Below, in pieces: positions 9,001-17,900 of a stretch of 64,000 nt of DNA; the first letter of the stretch is position 1; the number at the start of each line of letters is the position of its first letter. Location: sequence record DRR723986_4815. One strand, 5' to 3'. The position numbers and the translations under genes are program-made. The notes under the pieces are model-generated. The model searched no databases. It had not been told where the DNA came from and saw nothing but the letters and a program-made list of their open reading frames with translations.

Positions 9001-11547
9001 CGGTCCAGCAGTACCGGTGGTCTGCAGCCAACAGGGCTGGCGGTCGACGGTGAAGTGGAAGATTACCAAGTCACCATTGTGCCCGGGCAACCGCCTGTCG
9101 CAGTTGACGATACGTTTGAGTTCAACGAAGACACGCTGTTGGTCACAACGGACGTTGACGGTCTGGCAACACCTGGATTCACAATCGACGACGGTGTAAC
9201 TGCCAACGATACGGATCCAGATGGCCGGCCACTATTTATTCAGTTGCTTGAAGAGCCTCAGCACGCAGTGCCCGGTTCGTTCCAATTGAATCTAGACGGC
9301 ACGTTCTCGTATCGGCCGCTTCCAGACTTCAACGGTGTCGATACCTTTGTCTATCGCGTCAATGACGGTGTACTTTCGTCCAACAACATTGGGACGGTGA
9401 CACTGAATGTTCGCCAAGTAAACGATCGCCCGGTTGCTAACGACGATAGCCGCACGATCAACGAGGACGAAGTAGTAGACGTGCCGCAGAGCGTGTTGAC
9501 AGATAACGATTCGGCCGGCCCAGCTAACGAGTCGGATCAAACGCTGCGAATCGTTGCCGTTGATCCGATCTCGACGGCTGGTGGTACCGTTGTTTTGGTC
9601 GGCGAGCGGTTGATTTACACGCCGCCAAGTAACTACAGCGGTCCTGACTCGTTTACTTACACCATCAGCGACGATGGTACGACGGCTGGCGTTGCTGCTC
9701 CACTAACGGATACGGCTACCTTTAGCTTGACTGTTTTGGACAAGAACGATCCGCCAACCACAGGTTCGGATTCGTACGAGACTGTTGAAGATACGCCGCG
9801 GACGATTGATCCTGCTGAGTTAATCGCCAATGATTCGCCGGGTCCGAATCTGCCAGGTGCTGGTGGAGACGAGTCGGGTCAGAATCTGCGGTTCCGTGGT
9901 GTGGTTCCGACCAGCACCAATGGTGGGCAGGTCGTCTTCGAGGGTGGACAAGTTACTTACACACCACCGCTCGACTTTGTTGGCATCGATACATTCTTCT
10001 ACACCGTAGAAGACGATGGACAAAGCGGTGGATTGGCTGATCCGCAAGTCGCGACCGGCACCGTTACCATTACGGTCACCGGGGAAAATGACTCGCCACG
10101 ATTGGTTAACCCAATTGGCAACGTCTCGATGCAGGAAGATGATCCTGCTCGCGAGATTGATTTGTCCGGAGTGTTTGTCGATCCCGATGTTAACGACCCA
10201 GGAAGCGGAGAAACCGTTTCTTATCGAATCGTCAGCAATGACAACACGAATCTGGTGATGCCTGGTATCGTTGGGCAGAACCTGGTGTTGGAGCTGAAGC
10301 CAGACGCCAATGGTCAGGCCATCATTGTTGTCGAAGCACGAGATTCCATCGGTGAAACCGTAGAGGATACGCTGACGCTCACCGTCGGCGCAGTCAACGA
10401 TCCGCCTCGATTGATTCAAGCATTGCCAGACATCACCACCGATGAAGACGATGCTCCAGATCCAATTGTGCTGAGCCCTCAGTTCTTCTTTGACCCAGAT
10501 TTGGGCAACGGAGACGAACTGACGTTCGCTATCCAGGGGAACACGGATCCGCTGCTGGTGACACCAGTCATTTCCGGTAACACATTGACACTTCAACTGA
10601 CTGCCAACCGCTCTGGCGGATCTGAGATTACTGTCAGCGTTACGGACCTGTCTGGTCAAACGGCTAGCGACTCGTTCATCTTGAACGTTCGGCCTGTCAA
10701 CGATCCTCCAGAGACGAATCCAGACTCCTACGTCGTCAAACAAGGCGAAACGCTGGTCACCACTGACCCGCGGGGAGTCATTGGAGATGCCAATAACGAC
10801 GGTGTGCTGGCGAACGATTCCGATCCAGAAGGTTCAGACATCACGGCAATCTTGGTTGATGGCCCGCAACGGGCAACCAATTTTGTCTTGAATCCAGATG
10901 GTACGTTCACCTACGACCATGACTTCACTGAAGGAAGAGTACAGGATTCGTTTACATACCGTGCAACCGATGGTTCTGGGCAGAGTGTGGTAACGACCGT
11001 CACCATTGCAATTGACGAGCCACTGCCGCCTGAACATCAAAATTCGGCTGAGCACAAGGACGTCAACGCGGATGGATTCATCACTCCGATTGATGCCCTG
11101 CTGATTATCAATTACCTCAACAGTGACCCGGTAAGTGCATCCGTTGAGAATCTGCCGCCTCCTCCTCCGTTCCGAGATGTCAACGGTGACAACTTCATCA
11201 CCGCCCAAGATGTCTTGATCGTCATCAACGAGCTTAATTCTCAAAGTGGCGGTGGCGAGGGAGAAGGCTTCGGGCTTCCGGTCGAGTTCAGCTCGCCAGT
11301 GTTTGCAAGTCGTGCGAGCACTGGAGCTATCGGAGTTCGACAGGTTCAGCTTGACGAAGGTGTTCTGTACGGCCCACTCCGATCGCCTTCTCCAACGGAG
11401 GAAGTATTCGATGGGGTTGGTAGTCAGGATATGGCCAGTCAACTAGCTGGTTTGATCACAGACCTCGATGATGACAACAACGAAGAAGACACGGACCTCG
11501 CACTTGAGGACCTGTTGAGCGATTTTGATGAAAATGGAGCTCTGTAA
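1..11547 (+). CDS. Giant modular extracellular/surface protein, 5'-truncated (beta-helix, PPC-like, FEFD modules, GEVED, cadherin/Ig-like repeats, C-terminal dockerin-like pair)
   Basis: Frame open from base 1 to TAA at 11545-11547. Motifs: DVDVYSF/DVDMFQF (PPC-like), DGEVEDY (GEVED, ~9049), several VND.P repeats, DVNADGFITPIDALLIINYLN and DVNGDNFITAQDVLIVINELN (dockerin-like). Collinear with the next ORF from about its residue 1630, so the true start lies upstream of the window. Confidence 0.93.
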   Translation: MDHARFAYAGGVTRLEGTFKAFNTIELHQAEARIANTLFENNADGQGGQGPGTRLGRLSNSPATIFVRGAQPTIIDNVFRDNAGSVIDIDANSMIDDSQPDQGRQTGAADSDPAYLANRGPLIRNNRLENNELNGLEVRGDTLTTASVWDDTDIAHVVFDGIFTGNIEHEGGLRLQSAPDESLVVKFDGYGSNFNDNLGAGITANGQFATTTGRVGGTLHVLGQPGFPVILTSLFDDTVGAGLRPDGQPQADTNNDGIGSVPQAADWRGLFLDQDSNDRNVGIVLETEDFTAAAPGPNGSTLSAQVLGDLASTVNSSNENRRLGFIVEGVLSQNEDVDVYSFSGAAGSEIWLDVDNTNNNLDLVLELLDANGNLLARSDNSTEEAMDPSLIVRSALVDPSSINPLATRVSSTRLSSAGEVKEDGTTNPLDPGLRVRLPGSAGARSNFFFRIRSASTNSDASGAGLTKGSYQVQLRMQEEQEWAGSTINYADIRYATNGVHLKGLPGESPLLGEVAEDEGAPGGTTEADNGVAIGRGRTTFPLDPNRGTTFFGERQTGNRPQYVGNILDTAKGAISIAGEISRPDDLDFYMIDITPEDLVDPSDFLNSYASLVFDLDYADGFNRADTSINIFREEFSDSIFYQGENQYRLIYTSDSSNIVEDQPRPLSVTDADDLSRGSAGTADPYIGPVALPVGRYLIGVSSAAYQPRTKLLYPSDNIEPVNSVRRIVDEAWSTANRTTAEPPQVIDFLPRQTIGASLELNSESFDLGGYSAADLPNIYLDYSHGLGDFEVVVVDGNGNETTVAETVPNTNLTQLSAGNNSAKIPLSSFAYDFAGQNDLSLVFRSQNPATRINNIIIGFAERGEFYGVANEAPLLTFGFIPGAAAPEFTRQFSLESYDFADAPGLEFNYNIQQSNMQVFVNGFRVATSEANDLRPGELLLVTQSPQVGLIDLTPWTGDPNVIVEFRALDDQASITLSNVHVELADGARAFTGEPNSTYGDVNVSPDVVTTGQYQLEVRLGDTYFESQRFGAPVLTRSFDTNDRLSQQTNLIAPAGADLTDGDTFELSDGGTSVRLEFTTDGLVGLGNIPVPFSPTDEDFVVARAIRDAINNPNVQSRLSIRAASSGGAESGATSDPRIQLFGIPIVRTLTAANPAGEVQVELQEGFSDENVRRQQGQVLIQNSFIRESRDYGIWSEAADRLQDPRDVEDFIARTIIQDLPEFVGTQAVRNLVVPNDDVDGGLLPGLVIQNNVLEEGGLGGINIQGELPIWMISPISGLIPVTDSTVNTNPHFGGGDPGTPGIPDGSGFVLESDRSRVNFEYEDLTSADQGNGYAVDAIPVGIRRNGGQLYHRIAPTSFGTTVLESLHAVRDSVLASPFVTNGTTQTIEATIAGSLLGPDPSAPDGISAGYPIYYNRPSVYLEGVNSIALRGPQPFQTHTVSLGAAPQAHARIVNNTVIGKDGRASFNGEDPHDESNDTISTAVQTWQGTAHNPLAYTAEGVIGDTTEGPIETDVDMFQFKLGTGERAIIDIDTTDSGLDSVLQIFDARGIAQTFVNASGLEVTLSDNDAAPGEAVGLDSYADFTATEPGVYFAAVSSVGNSTYDPISLANRAIGTTTGQYSISIGVRHLQDFVITAEHGNNYNQGDTFTIFGVPDIGATGSSGRTFEFTFTGGVSDPANIPIHIAANWYRPDVARAIAKAISEGGVGGTPAVTNSQDLDNGEFGTASPLPPVHARALGGLSGVIDAPLDSISGDRANFLNAFSDNDFNLVNELGTNALSDREVRRLLNGDFWEINQGLELFARRNDGRLFTTSINGRTPITTSLSNLGLGHDRDLTTSLSRTSLADGTTEMHVVVNNAAWIESNGSIIVDPDSGVNNNLDQIIPESGVLASRGSSPTLLNNVFFNVQTPIVNQEARRFPLTGGLAPFGSENPNAPLKPGDVVIGGSIYQYDESANSRLRRGTGIEQVPTNVPNTGFDFNFDVADDVRLFVNGQAGNFLPAANSPLVDSSIDSLPERSGLAAIKSAVGLSESPVLAPNTDLFGQLRADDPDVAPPSGLGQNVFKDRGAVDRSDFIGPAAILLDPIDNDALGVDRDNADSVVQLESGVYPEFRIQIADGNEPANPLLGIGVNDDTVINSVIPDQRLTGAAVVVFENGRMLQEGVDYTFAYNATRDEIILTPLAGVWRDGKVYEISINNKDRFVITAPSGDQVADGDTFTVIDDEGGSVVYEFDSGYRLQVPQGLLITIPLAGGAFGGVADGDRLTITAGGETETFEFDLNGNILPGNLPIQFGLTDTQEEITQAVVAAIQSSGLAVNPAQQSAGTIFLGAEAGSVVDTEFATLGQPSTTQALEIPEAGPRGGVLDTHTFTVSDGRNTVVFEYDTDGNVTAGNTAIDFSSAITANDVALLTAQAISSSALSLSPSIVNGRWVHLGLSENGSASVQTGQIKLVGIARTLQDGESFVVTGNGNTATFEFTRDADVAAGNTPINFSIDDTQEAIAQRVVDAINAADLGVNPVAVGDGNIAIGGEASNNVDVTNAPGLALFGEPGVQSKTRLEIFGPLVAQVPPGGASALTDDSVFSITSGGRTQVFEFDGNGSGSTVGGSTVIAYTPLSTADDIANSIAIAVNSAGLGVTARNLGGGQVSFGQIDESQVLVGTSGLTTFRGVVSDGEVFTITDGDQIVRFEFDNVDLNNGFLFGNTQIRFSNTTTPAELVQSMQAAIEASPLGLTANILSAGVLELNDTPRFSTDTTAAPTLVKSGVPGGSNAVTFIQSSSFTGEDMKQAIIEAINAAESTPLLASDRGGATLFVANAASVSDDLESFFLRGVADLAGNLLKANRINNETQFTILMPGVTLDYGDTPDPVVSTPGRYPVRHINNGARHVVSDVALLGSTITAEADGQPSPGASADAGDDGVTFGANLSQPGIFNPHVMTEVDVTLNSAGFVDLWIDFNADGDWTDPGEQVLTSAKFTENSLTQTFMVTVPATAPVPNGPTTTYARVRSSSTGGLQPTGLAVDGEVEDYQVTIVPGQPPVAVDDTFEFNEDTLLVTTDVDGLATPGFTIDDGVTANDTDPDGRPLFIQLLEEPQHAVPGSFQLNLDGTFSYRPLPDFNGVDTFVYRVNDGVLSSNNIGTVTLNVRQVNDRPVANDDSRTINEDEVVDVPQSVLTDNDSAGPANESDQTLRIVAVDPISTAGGTVVLVGERLIYTPPSNYSGPDSFTYTISDDGTTAGVAAPLTDTATFSLTVLDKNDPPTTGSDSYETVEDTPRTIDPAELIANDSPGPNLPGAGGDESGQNLRFRGVVPTSTNGGQVVFEGGQVTYTPPLDFVGIDTFFYTVEDDGQSGGLADPQVATGTVTITVTGENDSPRLVNPIGNVSMQEDDPAREIDLSGVFVDPDVNDPGSGETVSYRIVSNDNTNLVMPGIVGQNLVLELKPDANGQAIIVVEARDSIGETVEDTLTLTVGAVNDPPRLIQALPDITTDEDDAPDPIVLSPQFFFDPDLGNGDELTFAIQGNTDPLLVTPVISGNTLTLQLTANRSGGSEITVSVTDLSGQTASDSFILNVRPVNDPPETNPDSYVVKQGETLVTTDPRGVIGDANNDGVLANDSDPEGSDITAILVDGPQRATNFVLNPDGTFTYDHDFTEGRVQDSFTYRATDGSGQSVVTTVTIAIDEPLPPEHQNSAEHKDVNADGFITPIDALLIINYLNSDPVSASVENLPPPPPFRDVNGDNFITAQDVLIVINELNSQSGGGEGEGFGLPVEFSSPVFASRASTGAIGVRQVQLDEGVLYGPLRSPSPTEEVFDGVGSQDMASQLAGLITDLDDDNNEEDTDLALEDLLSDFDENGAL

Positions 11548-11596
11548 CTGGTGACAAACAGACTCTATCGATCAGAATCAGATTAATGGAAATCCC

Positions 11597-11650
11597 GCGG
11601 GCGGCGTCTATTCGGCAAAATCGGATAGTCGTCGTCCGTTATGTTTATTC
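11597..11650 (+). terminator. Terminator-like RNA hairpin after giant gene 1
   Basis: gcgggcggcgtctattcgg-caaaa-tcggatagtcgtcgtccgt forms a 19-position stem with one mismatch and several G-U pairs (favoured on + strand), followed by tatgtttatt. Confidence 0.5.
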
Positions 11651-11944
11651 GGATCGACTCCGAAAGTAGCGGCTGGGGCTTGTGGTCCAGACGCGATTTT
11701 TCGTCGGTTGAAAAGGTTCGAGTAAGCACGCGGCTCGGTCTCTAATTGAGGCCCACGAGCTGCAACAAACAAACCACTCCGCCGCTGGCTGATGCTAGCG
11801 GCACCTATATCCTCAGGAAGATTCCATCCTCCTAGCGCATCGTCGTTCAGCACAAAAAGTTGGTCAATTGATCAACGTTGAGGTCGGCGGTTTAGCACGA
11901 TACCAAGCAAACCTTGTTCATAAGCTCCTTGGAAGGTAAGTCGA

Positions 11945-14900
11945 ATGGCTAGCCATTTCTCGTCACGCAATATTTTCTCTTCATCGACATCGCAGACGAC
12001 TGAGCAGAAGCGCAGTCATCTCCGCCGCGTGATCCTAGAAACACTCGAACGCCGGGAGCTGCTGGCTTACGACCTAGGAAGTGCTGTCTACTCTCCCGGT
12101 ACGCCGAGTGATTATATCGATGGCATTGAGGGCCGGTTCGTAAGGGGTTCAGGTAACAGTAATGCCTTCTTCGACTTGAACAGCCGCTGGACCAATCCAA
12201 CTGGTGGGCCTAGTCCCAATCAGGGTGATCCAGCGACAATCACTTGGAGCATCGTGCCCGACGGAACGCAAGCTCCCGATTTAAACTCAGCCCTTGGTGC
12301 AAGCAATTTGGTCCAGTTCATGGATGCAATTTACGGCGCGGGGGATGGCGGTGCAATTCAGGACCGACCGTGGTTCAATATCTTCGAGCGAGCCTACGGC
12401 ACTTGGTCTGACTTGACAGGGTTGAATTTCGTCTATGAACCTATGGACGATGGAGCGGCCTATTCCAATACCAGTCGCGGCGTTAGTGGCGTGCGCGGAG
12501 ACGTACGGATTGGTGGACGTGGCATGGACGGCAATGGTGGAGTCTTAGCGTTCAACTACACGCCAGCAAATGGTGGTGATGTAGGGTTCGACGGTGACAT
12601 GGTTATCGATACCGCGGGTAACGATATCCTTAATGCTGCGGACGGGCCCAACGGTGAGAACCGGTACCTGTTTAATATTCTGATGCACGAGATAGGCCAT
12701 GGAATTGGTCTAGGTCACGTTCGCCCTGTTAATCAAACGAAATTGATGGAGCCATTTGCATCATCTGCATTTCTTGGGGCTCAGCTCGATGATATTCTGG
12801 GCGGACATGAACTGTATGGCGACCGTCTTGAGAACAACGATACCCAAGGAACTGCGACTGACCTAGGGGATCTGCTTAACGGACGGACAGGCGTCGACGC
12901 GTTATCAGCCAACCGCGCGAATGACGAAGACTGGTTCGAGTTCGCTGTGTCTTCAAGAGGCGAAATAACCATTGCCGTGACGCCGACAGGCGAGCAATAT
13001 CGAGTTGGGAATACGACTGACGGTTCAGACGGCACGGAGAGTGATACTGACAGCCTACGCTACCTCGACTTAAACTTCGAACTGTACGATGCATTCGGAA
13101 CGCAATTAGCAACCGTTAACGCTAGTGGATTGGGTGAAGCCGAGACGACAGCTCTTGAGTTGCCGGAAGGTGGGTCCTATTTTTTGAAGGTTGCGGGAAC
13201 CGGAGCGGCGCATATTGGTCCGCAGATGTACGACCTCGATTTCTTGCTGAATGGCTTCACGACCGGCTTTGCGTCTGGCCAACCCCGGTTGTTATCGATC
13301 GCACCGAATTCTGGTGATATCTTCAGCTTCAACGAAACCAACGCCCTTGATGCGGCCCCAACGGAGTTGGTGTTCAGGTTTGATGGAGCTGAGTCCATCG
13401 ACCCAGCGACTCTCTCTGGCGGTCTCCGTGTAACGCGTGCCGGTGGAGACGGGACATTTGGTGACGGCAATGAAGAAATCATCGTACCCGGTTTCGTCGG
13501 TCTCGGTGACAATGACCGAATTGCGATTCTGCGATTTGCGACAACGCTGAAGGATGATCTCTATCGCGTTGAGGTGTTCGGAGAAGACGGTGTTGAACCT
13601 GGGGTAGTTGCAGTCAAGAGTCCTGCAGGAATACCAATCGAACCGCGAGCAATCGACTCTACACGTGATGACCTCACTCGTGACTCGATCGACTTCAATT
13701 TGGAACTCGGTGCTTTGGTGCAAGCTGTTGTTCCTCAGCCGGTGGAGCGGGCGGATGATGGAAGCTTAGTGCCACAGCGCGACACGATACGCGTCTACTT
13801 CAATGATGATGATCTGCATGACTCGTTCGTAACAACGGGTGATGCGGGTGCGCCAACCGTCGTAGATCCACAGTTTTATCAACTGATTCTCACCAACGAC
13901 ACGGTGCAGCCAGGGGATGATCAAGTCTTCATGCCGACATCGATCACCTACGATCCTGAAACTGATATCGCAGAACTGACCTTCTCTGCGCCAATTGACC
14001 AATTGGCCGGTGCAGGCACTTATCGTTTGAGAGTTGGCGGACAGGACGAAGTTGTTTCTGTTGCAAATCCTGGTAATGTCGAAATTCTCGATCCGGCAGA
14101 CGACCCGAGTGGTTTCGCCAGTGGGGCCCAGGACTTGGGTGCGATTAATAGTGCATTCTCGGCAATCATTAACGAATCGATTGAAACCACCGATGGGGAT
14201 GTCTTGCCACTGGACTATCCCGGCAGCCCACTCGAACCAGGTCAGCGTGACATCCAGGATGAGGCTCATGTTGCCTTTACTGGTTCCGACGCTGATCCTG
14301 GCATACGAACGATCCAGTACAACTTTGCCTTGGATCGCTCGTACGGAGTTGATGCGCAAGGGCGACCTACGAACACATCGATTACATCCGACCAGATCGC
14401 ACGAGTGCGCGAAGCTCTGGAGTTCTATTCGCGATCTCTGGGCGTTGATTTCGTTGAGACTCAAGACTCAGGCTTGACTATCGTCGTCGGTGACACGTTC
14501 CCGTTTGGAGTGAGCGGCTCTGGTGACAACGGATTCTTCGATCGACAATCCAACATTGTCGTCATGGATGCCGGTCGCGACTGGGACAATAGTTTTGCTC
14601 AGCGCGTAGACAGCAGCGATACAACTGACTATTTCCTGCCAGCGGTCATTCGTGAGATCGGCAGGTCGCTAGGTCTTGGCTATACGTTTGACCTACCCGA
14701 AGGAACATTCTTGGGTAGTGAAGATGAACTTGACAATCGAAACAAGGGGCTGCGTTTCGGTCAGGAATGGAATTTCCCAGGCGACGCAGACATTGTCCAT
14801 GGGCGGTTCTTACACCGTCCCGACAATCGCGACGTAGATACGTACCGGTTCCAAATTGAGGCAGGGCAAACCGCACAGGTTGTTGCCGAAACGATTGCAG

Positions 14901-17900
14901 AACGACTACCTGATAGTAGTAACTTAGATACCCATTTGACCCTGTTCCGAAGGACGGCGAACGGCTTTGAAGTCGTCGCCCAGAACAACGATAAAGTTAG
15001 CAGTGATTCTCTGATTGAGTTGGAGCTGACGGAAGGCGAATACTTCCTGAGCGTGACGGGGCGCGGCAATGAAGACTTCAATATCGAAGTCGACAACACC
15101 GGTAGTGGGGCCACTAGCCAAGGGCGTTACCAGTTGCGGTTGGATATTACACCGGTCGCCGAATCGATTGTCGATACATCTGGCACACCAATTGATGGCG
15201 ATGGTGATGGGATTGCTGGCGGCAACTTCAATTTCTGGTTTAGAACGGCTGCACCTATTGATGAAGCCGCATTTGGAGAAGCCAAGACAGTCTTTGTTGA
15301 CAAAGACAACTCCGGTGCTGAAGACGGTTCGGCTGCTGCTCCATTTAGTACCATCCCGGCAGCGCTTGCTGTGGTTGCTCCCGGCGACATTGTCCGAGTT
15401 ATCGGCTCAGAGGGGCTAGATGGTGAGATTTCGACAACTGATGACAACCCTGCTTATGAGATTGGCCGCGGTGGTGTCGGGAATGGTGTTCTGGAGGATG
15501 GATTGACGCTCGATGTTCCTCAGGGCGTTACGGTCATGATTGATGGCGGTGCAATCTTCAAGCTGGGGGCCAGCCGCATTTCGACAGGCAGCTTAAACGC
15601 TTCAACAAACAACAGCTTCTCGGCGCTTCAGGTTCTGGGTGTTCCTGGCAACGATGTATTGTTCACCAGCTACAACGACGAGGCGCTGGGCGTCGATACG
15701 AATCCACTTTCCACTACAGCTAGAAGCGGCGATTGGGGTGGACTCGATTTCCGTAACGACGTCGACTTAGCAGAAGGGCGGGGAGCTCACGAGCTAAATG
15801 GCGTTTTCCTGAACTACGTATCGCATGCCGATATCCGCTACGGCGGTGGCCAAGTCACGGTCACTATTCCAAATCGAGTGGTCAGTCCGATCTCAATGAG
15901 TGAGGCGCGGCCAACTCTACTGAACAACAAGATTAATCTTGGTGCCGATGCTGCGATGTCTGCAGATCCGAACAGTTTTGAAGAGACGCGGTTCACGCAT
16001 CCTCGATTCCAGTTGGCCGAATCCTTCAAGCCGGACTACGTCAGGGTTGGTCCAGATATCCGTGGCAACACTTTGACTGACAACTCGACTAACGGGTTGT
16101 TCGTACGAACAAGTACTGCCCCTGGACAGCCGCTTACAACACTGGAGGTCGCTGGCCGATTCGATGACACTGACATCGTGCACGTCCTCGGCGAAAACTT
16201 GATTGTCAATGGCACGCCGGGCGGAGCCGTGCTGGAGGAGGTCGCGCCTGATGTGAGTCTAACTCAGCGGGCTTCTGTTACTGGCGGCACTTTAACGGTC
16301 GGCAGCTCTGTTGAGTACAAAGTCACATTTGTGGATGCCTTTGGCGGCGTCAGTGTTCCAAGCGCGTCCACTCCGGCGCTAACACTGACCGATACAGCCG
16401 TTGACCTACAGCAATTGCCCCGAGCTACTGGCGATTTTGTAGGCAGACGACTGTGGAGGAGCACCGATGGTGGGTTGTTCACGCTAGTAGCTGAACTTGA
16501 TGGCGATACGCTAAGCTTCACCGACACAGGTCAAGATTTACAGGCGGTATTGAACGACCCTAACACTGCAGCTCTGCAGCGCGCTAGGTTAAATGGCCGG
16601 TTGCAGATTGACCCAGGTATCATCGTCAAGTCGTCTGGCTCTCGAATAGAAGCTGGAATCGGCGCGCAGATCATTGCAGAAGGATCGTCTGCCAATCCCG
16701 TAGTGTTTACGAGCAGGTTCGACGACAGCTACGGAGCAGCAGGTACTTTCGACACCAATAACGACTCGGCCGGCACCAATCCAGGTGCAGGGGATTGGGC
16801 GGGTATAGTAGCACGCCATCTTTCATCGTTGAGCTTGGATAATGTGTTGGTCACCTATGCTGGTGGGCCATCGAGTATTTCTGGTTCAACGGCTGCGTTC
16901 AATGCTGTAGAAATCCACCAGGCGGATGCCCGAATCGCCAATTCGACGTTCCAGATGAATCAATCTGGAATCATCACCGACGCGTCGCGCGACGGGCGTG
17001 GGCCCAACGAAGCCAGCGTTGTCTTTGTGACGGGTAGCCAGCCGACGATTATCAACAACGTTTTTCGCGATAACAGTGTTGCTGGTACAGCCGCGATAAG
17101 TATTAATGCCAACGCCCTCGATTCAGTTTCTCGCTCCGACATGGGACGTCAAACTGGTGCTGCGGACCGTTTGCCATCCGGAGTTGGTAACAAGGGGCCG
17201 TTAGTGAGCGGCAACCTCTTGTCCGACAATAGTATCAATGGGTTGCGCGTCCGCGGGCAAACCCTAACAACCGAGTCGGTCTGGGATGACACGGACATTG
17301 TTCACGTTCTCCAGAGTGAGATTGTTATTCCCGATCTTCATACATACGGCGGACTTCGTCTTCAGAGCCGTTCCGATGAGAGCCTTGTCGTTAAGCTCGA
17401 GGGTGCCAGCGCCGGCTTCACAGCACTTGGCCGGCCCCTGGATATTGAAGATCGAATTGGTGGCACTCTGCAGATTGTTGGCCAACCAGGTTTTCCGGTG
17501 TTCTTGACGAGCCTTTCTGATGACTCAGTCGGAGCAGGCTTCGATCCAACTGGTGTGGCCTTGGTTGATACAAACAATGACGGACCTTCGGCTGGTGCTC
17601 CAGGCAATTGGAGAAGCATAAGGCTGGAACCTTATGCCAACGATCGCAACGTCAATATCTTGGTTGAAAATGAGACGGACCAGATACAAGAGACAGGGAC
17701 GAACGATTCGACAATCTTCGCCGAGGATATCGGCGCTCTAGCTTCGACGTTGTCGGGCGGAGATGAAAACCTGAGGCTTGGAGTGACGGTTGACGGCACA
17801 ATTGCAGCGCCGCAAGACCTTGATGTTTACACATTTCTCGGTACTGCTGGGGTTCCGGTTTGGATCGATATCGATCGCACTAGTGGCGGCCTAGATACGG

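Noticed and set aside
9820-10743. 307-aa antisense ORF and the many other 60-230-aa ORFs inside the giant genes
   Set aside because: Shadow ORFs of long coding frames with no recognisable motifs.
11608-11853. 81-aa minus-strand ORF in the spacer between the giant genes
   Set aside because: No motif, no clear RBS, non-ATG start; the region looks regulatory.
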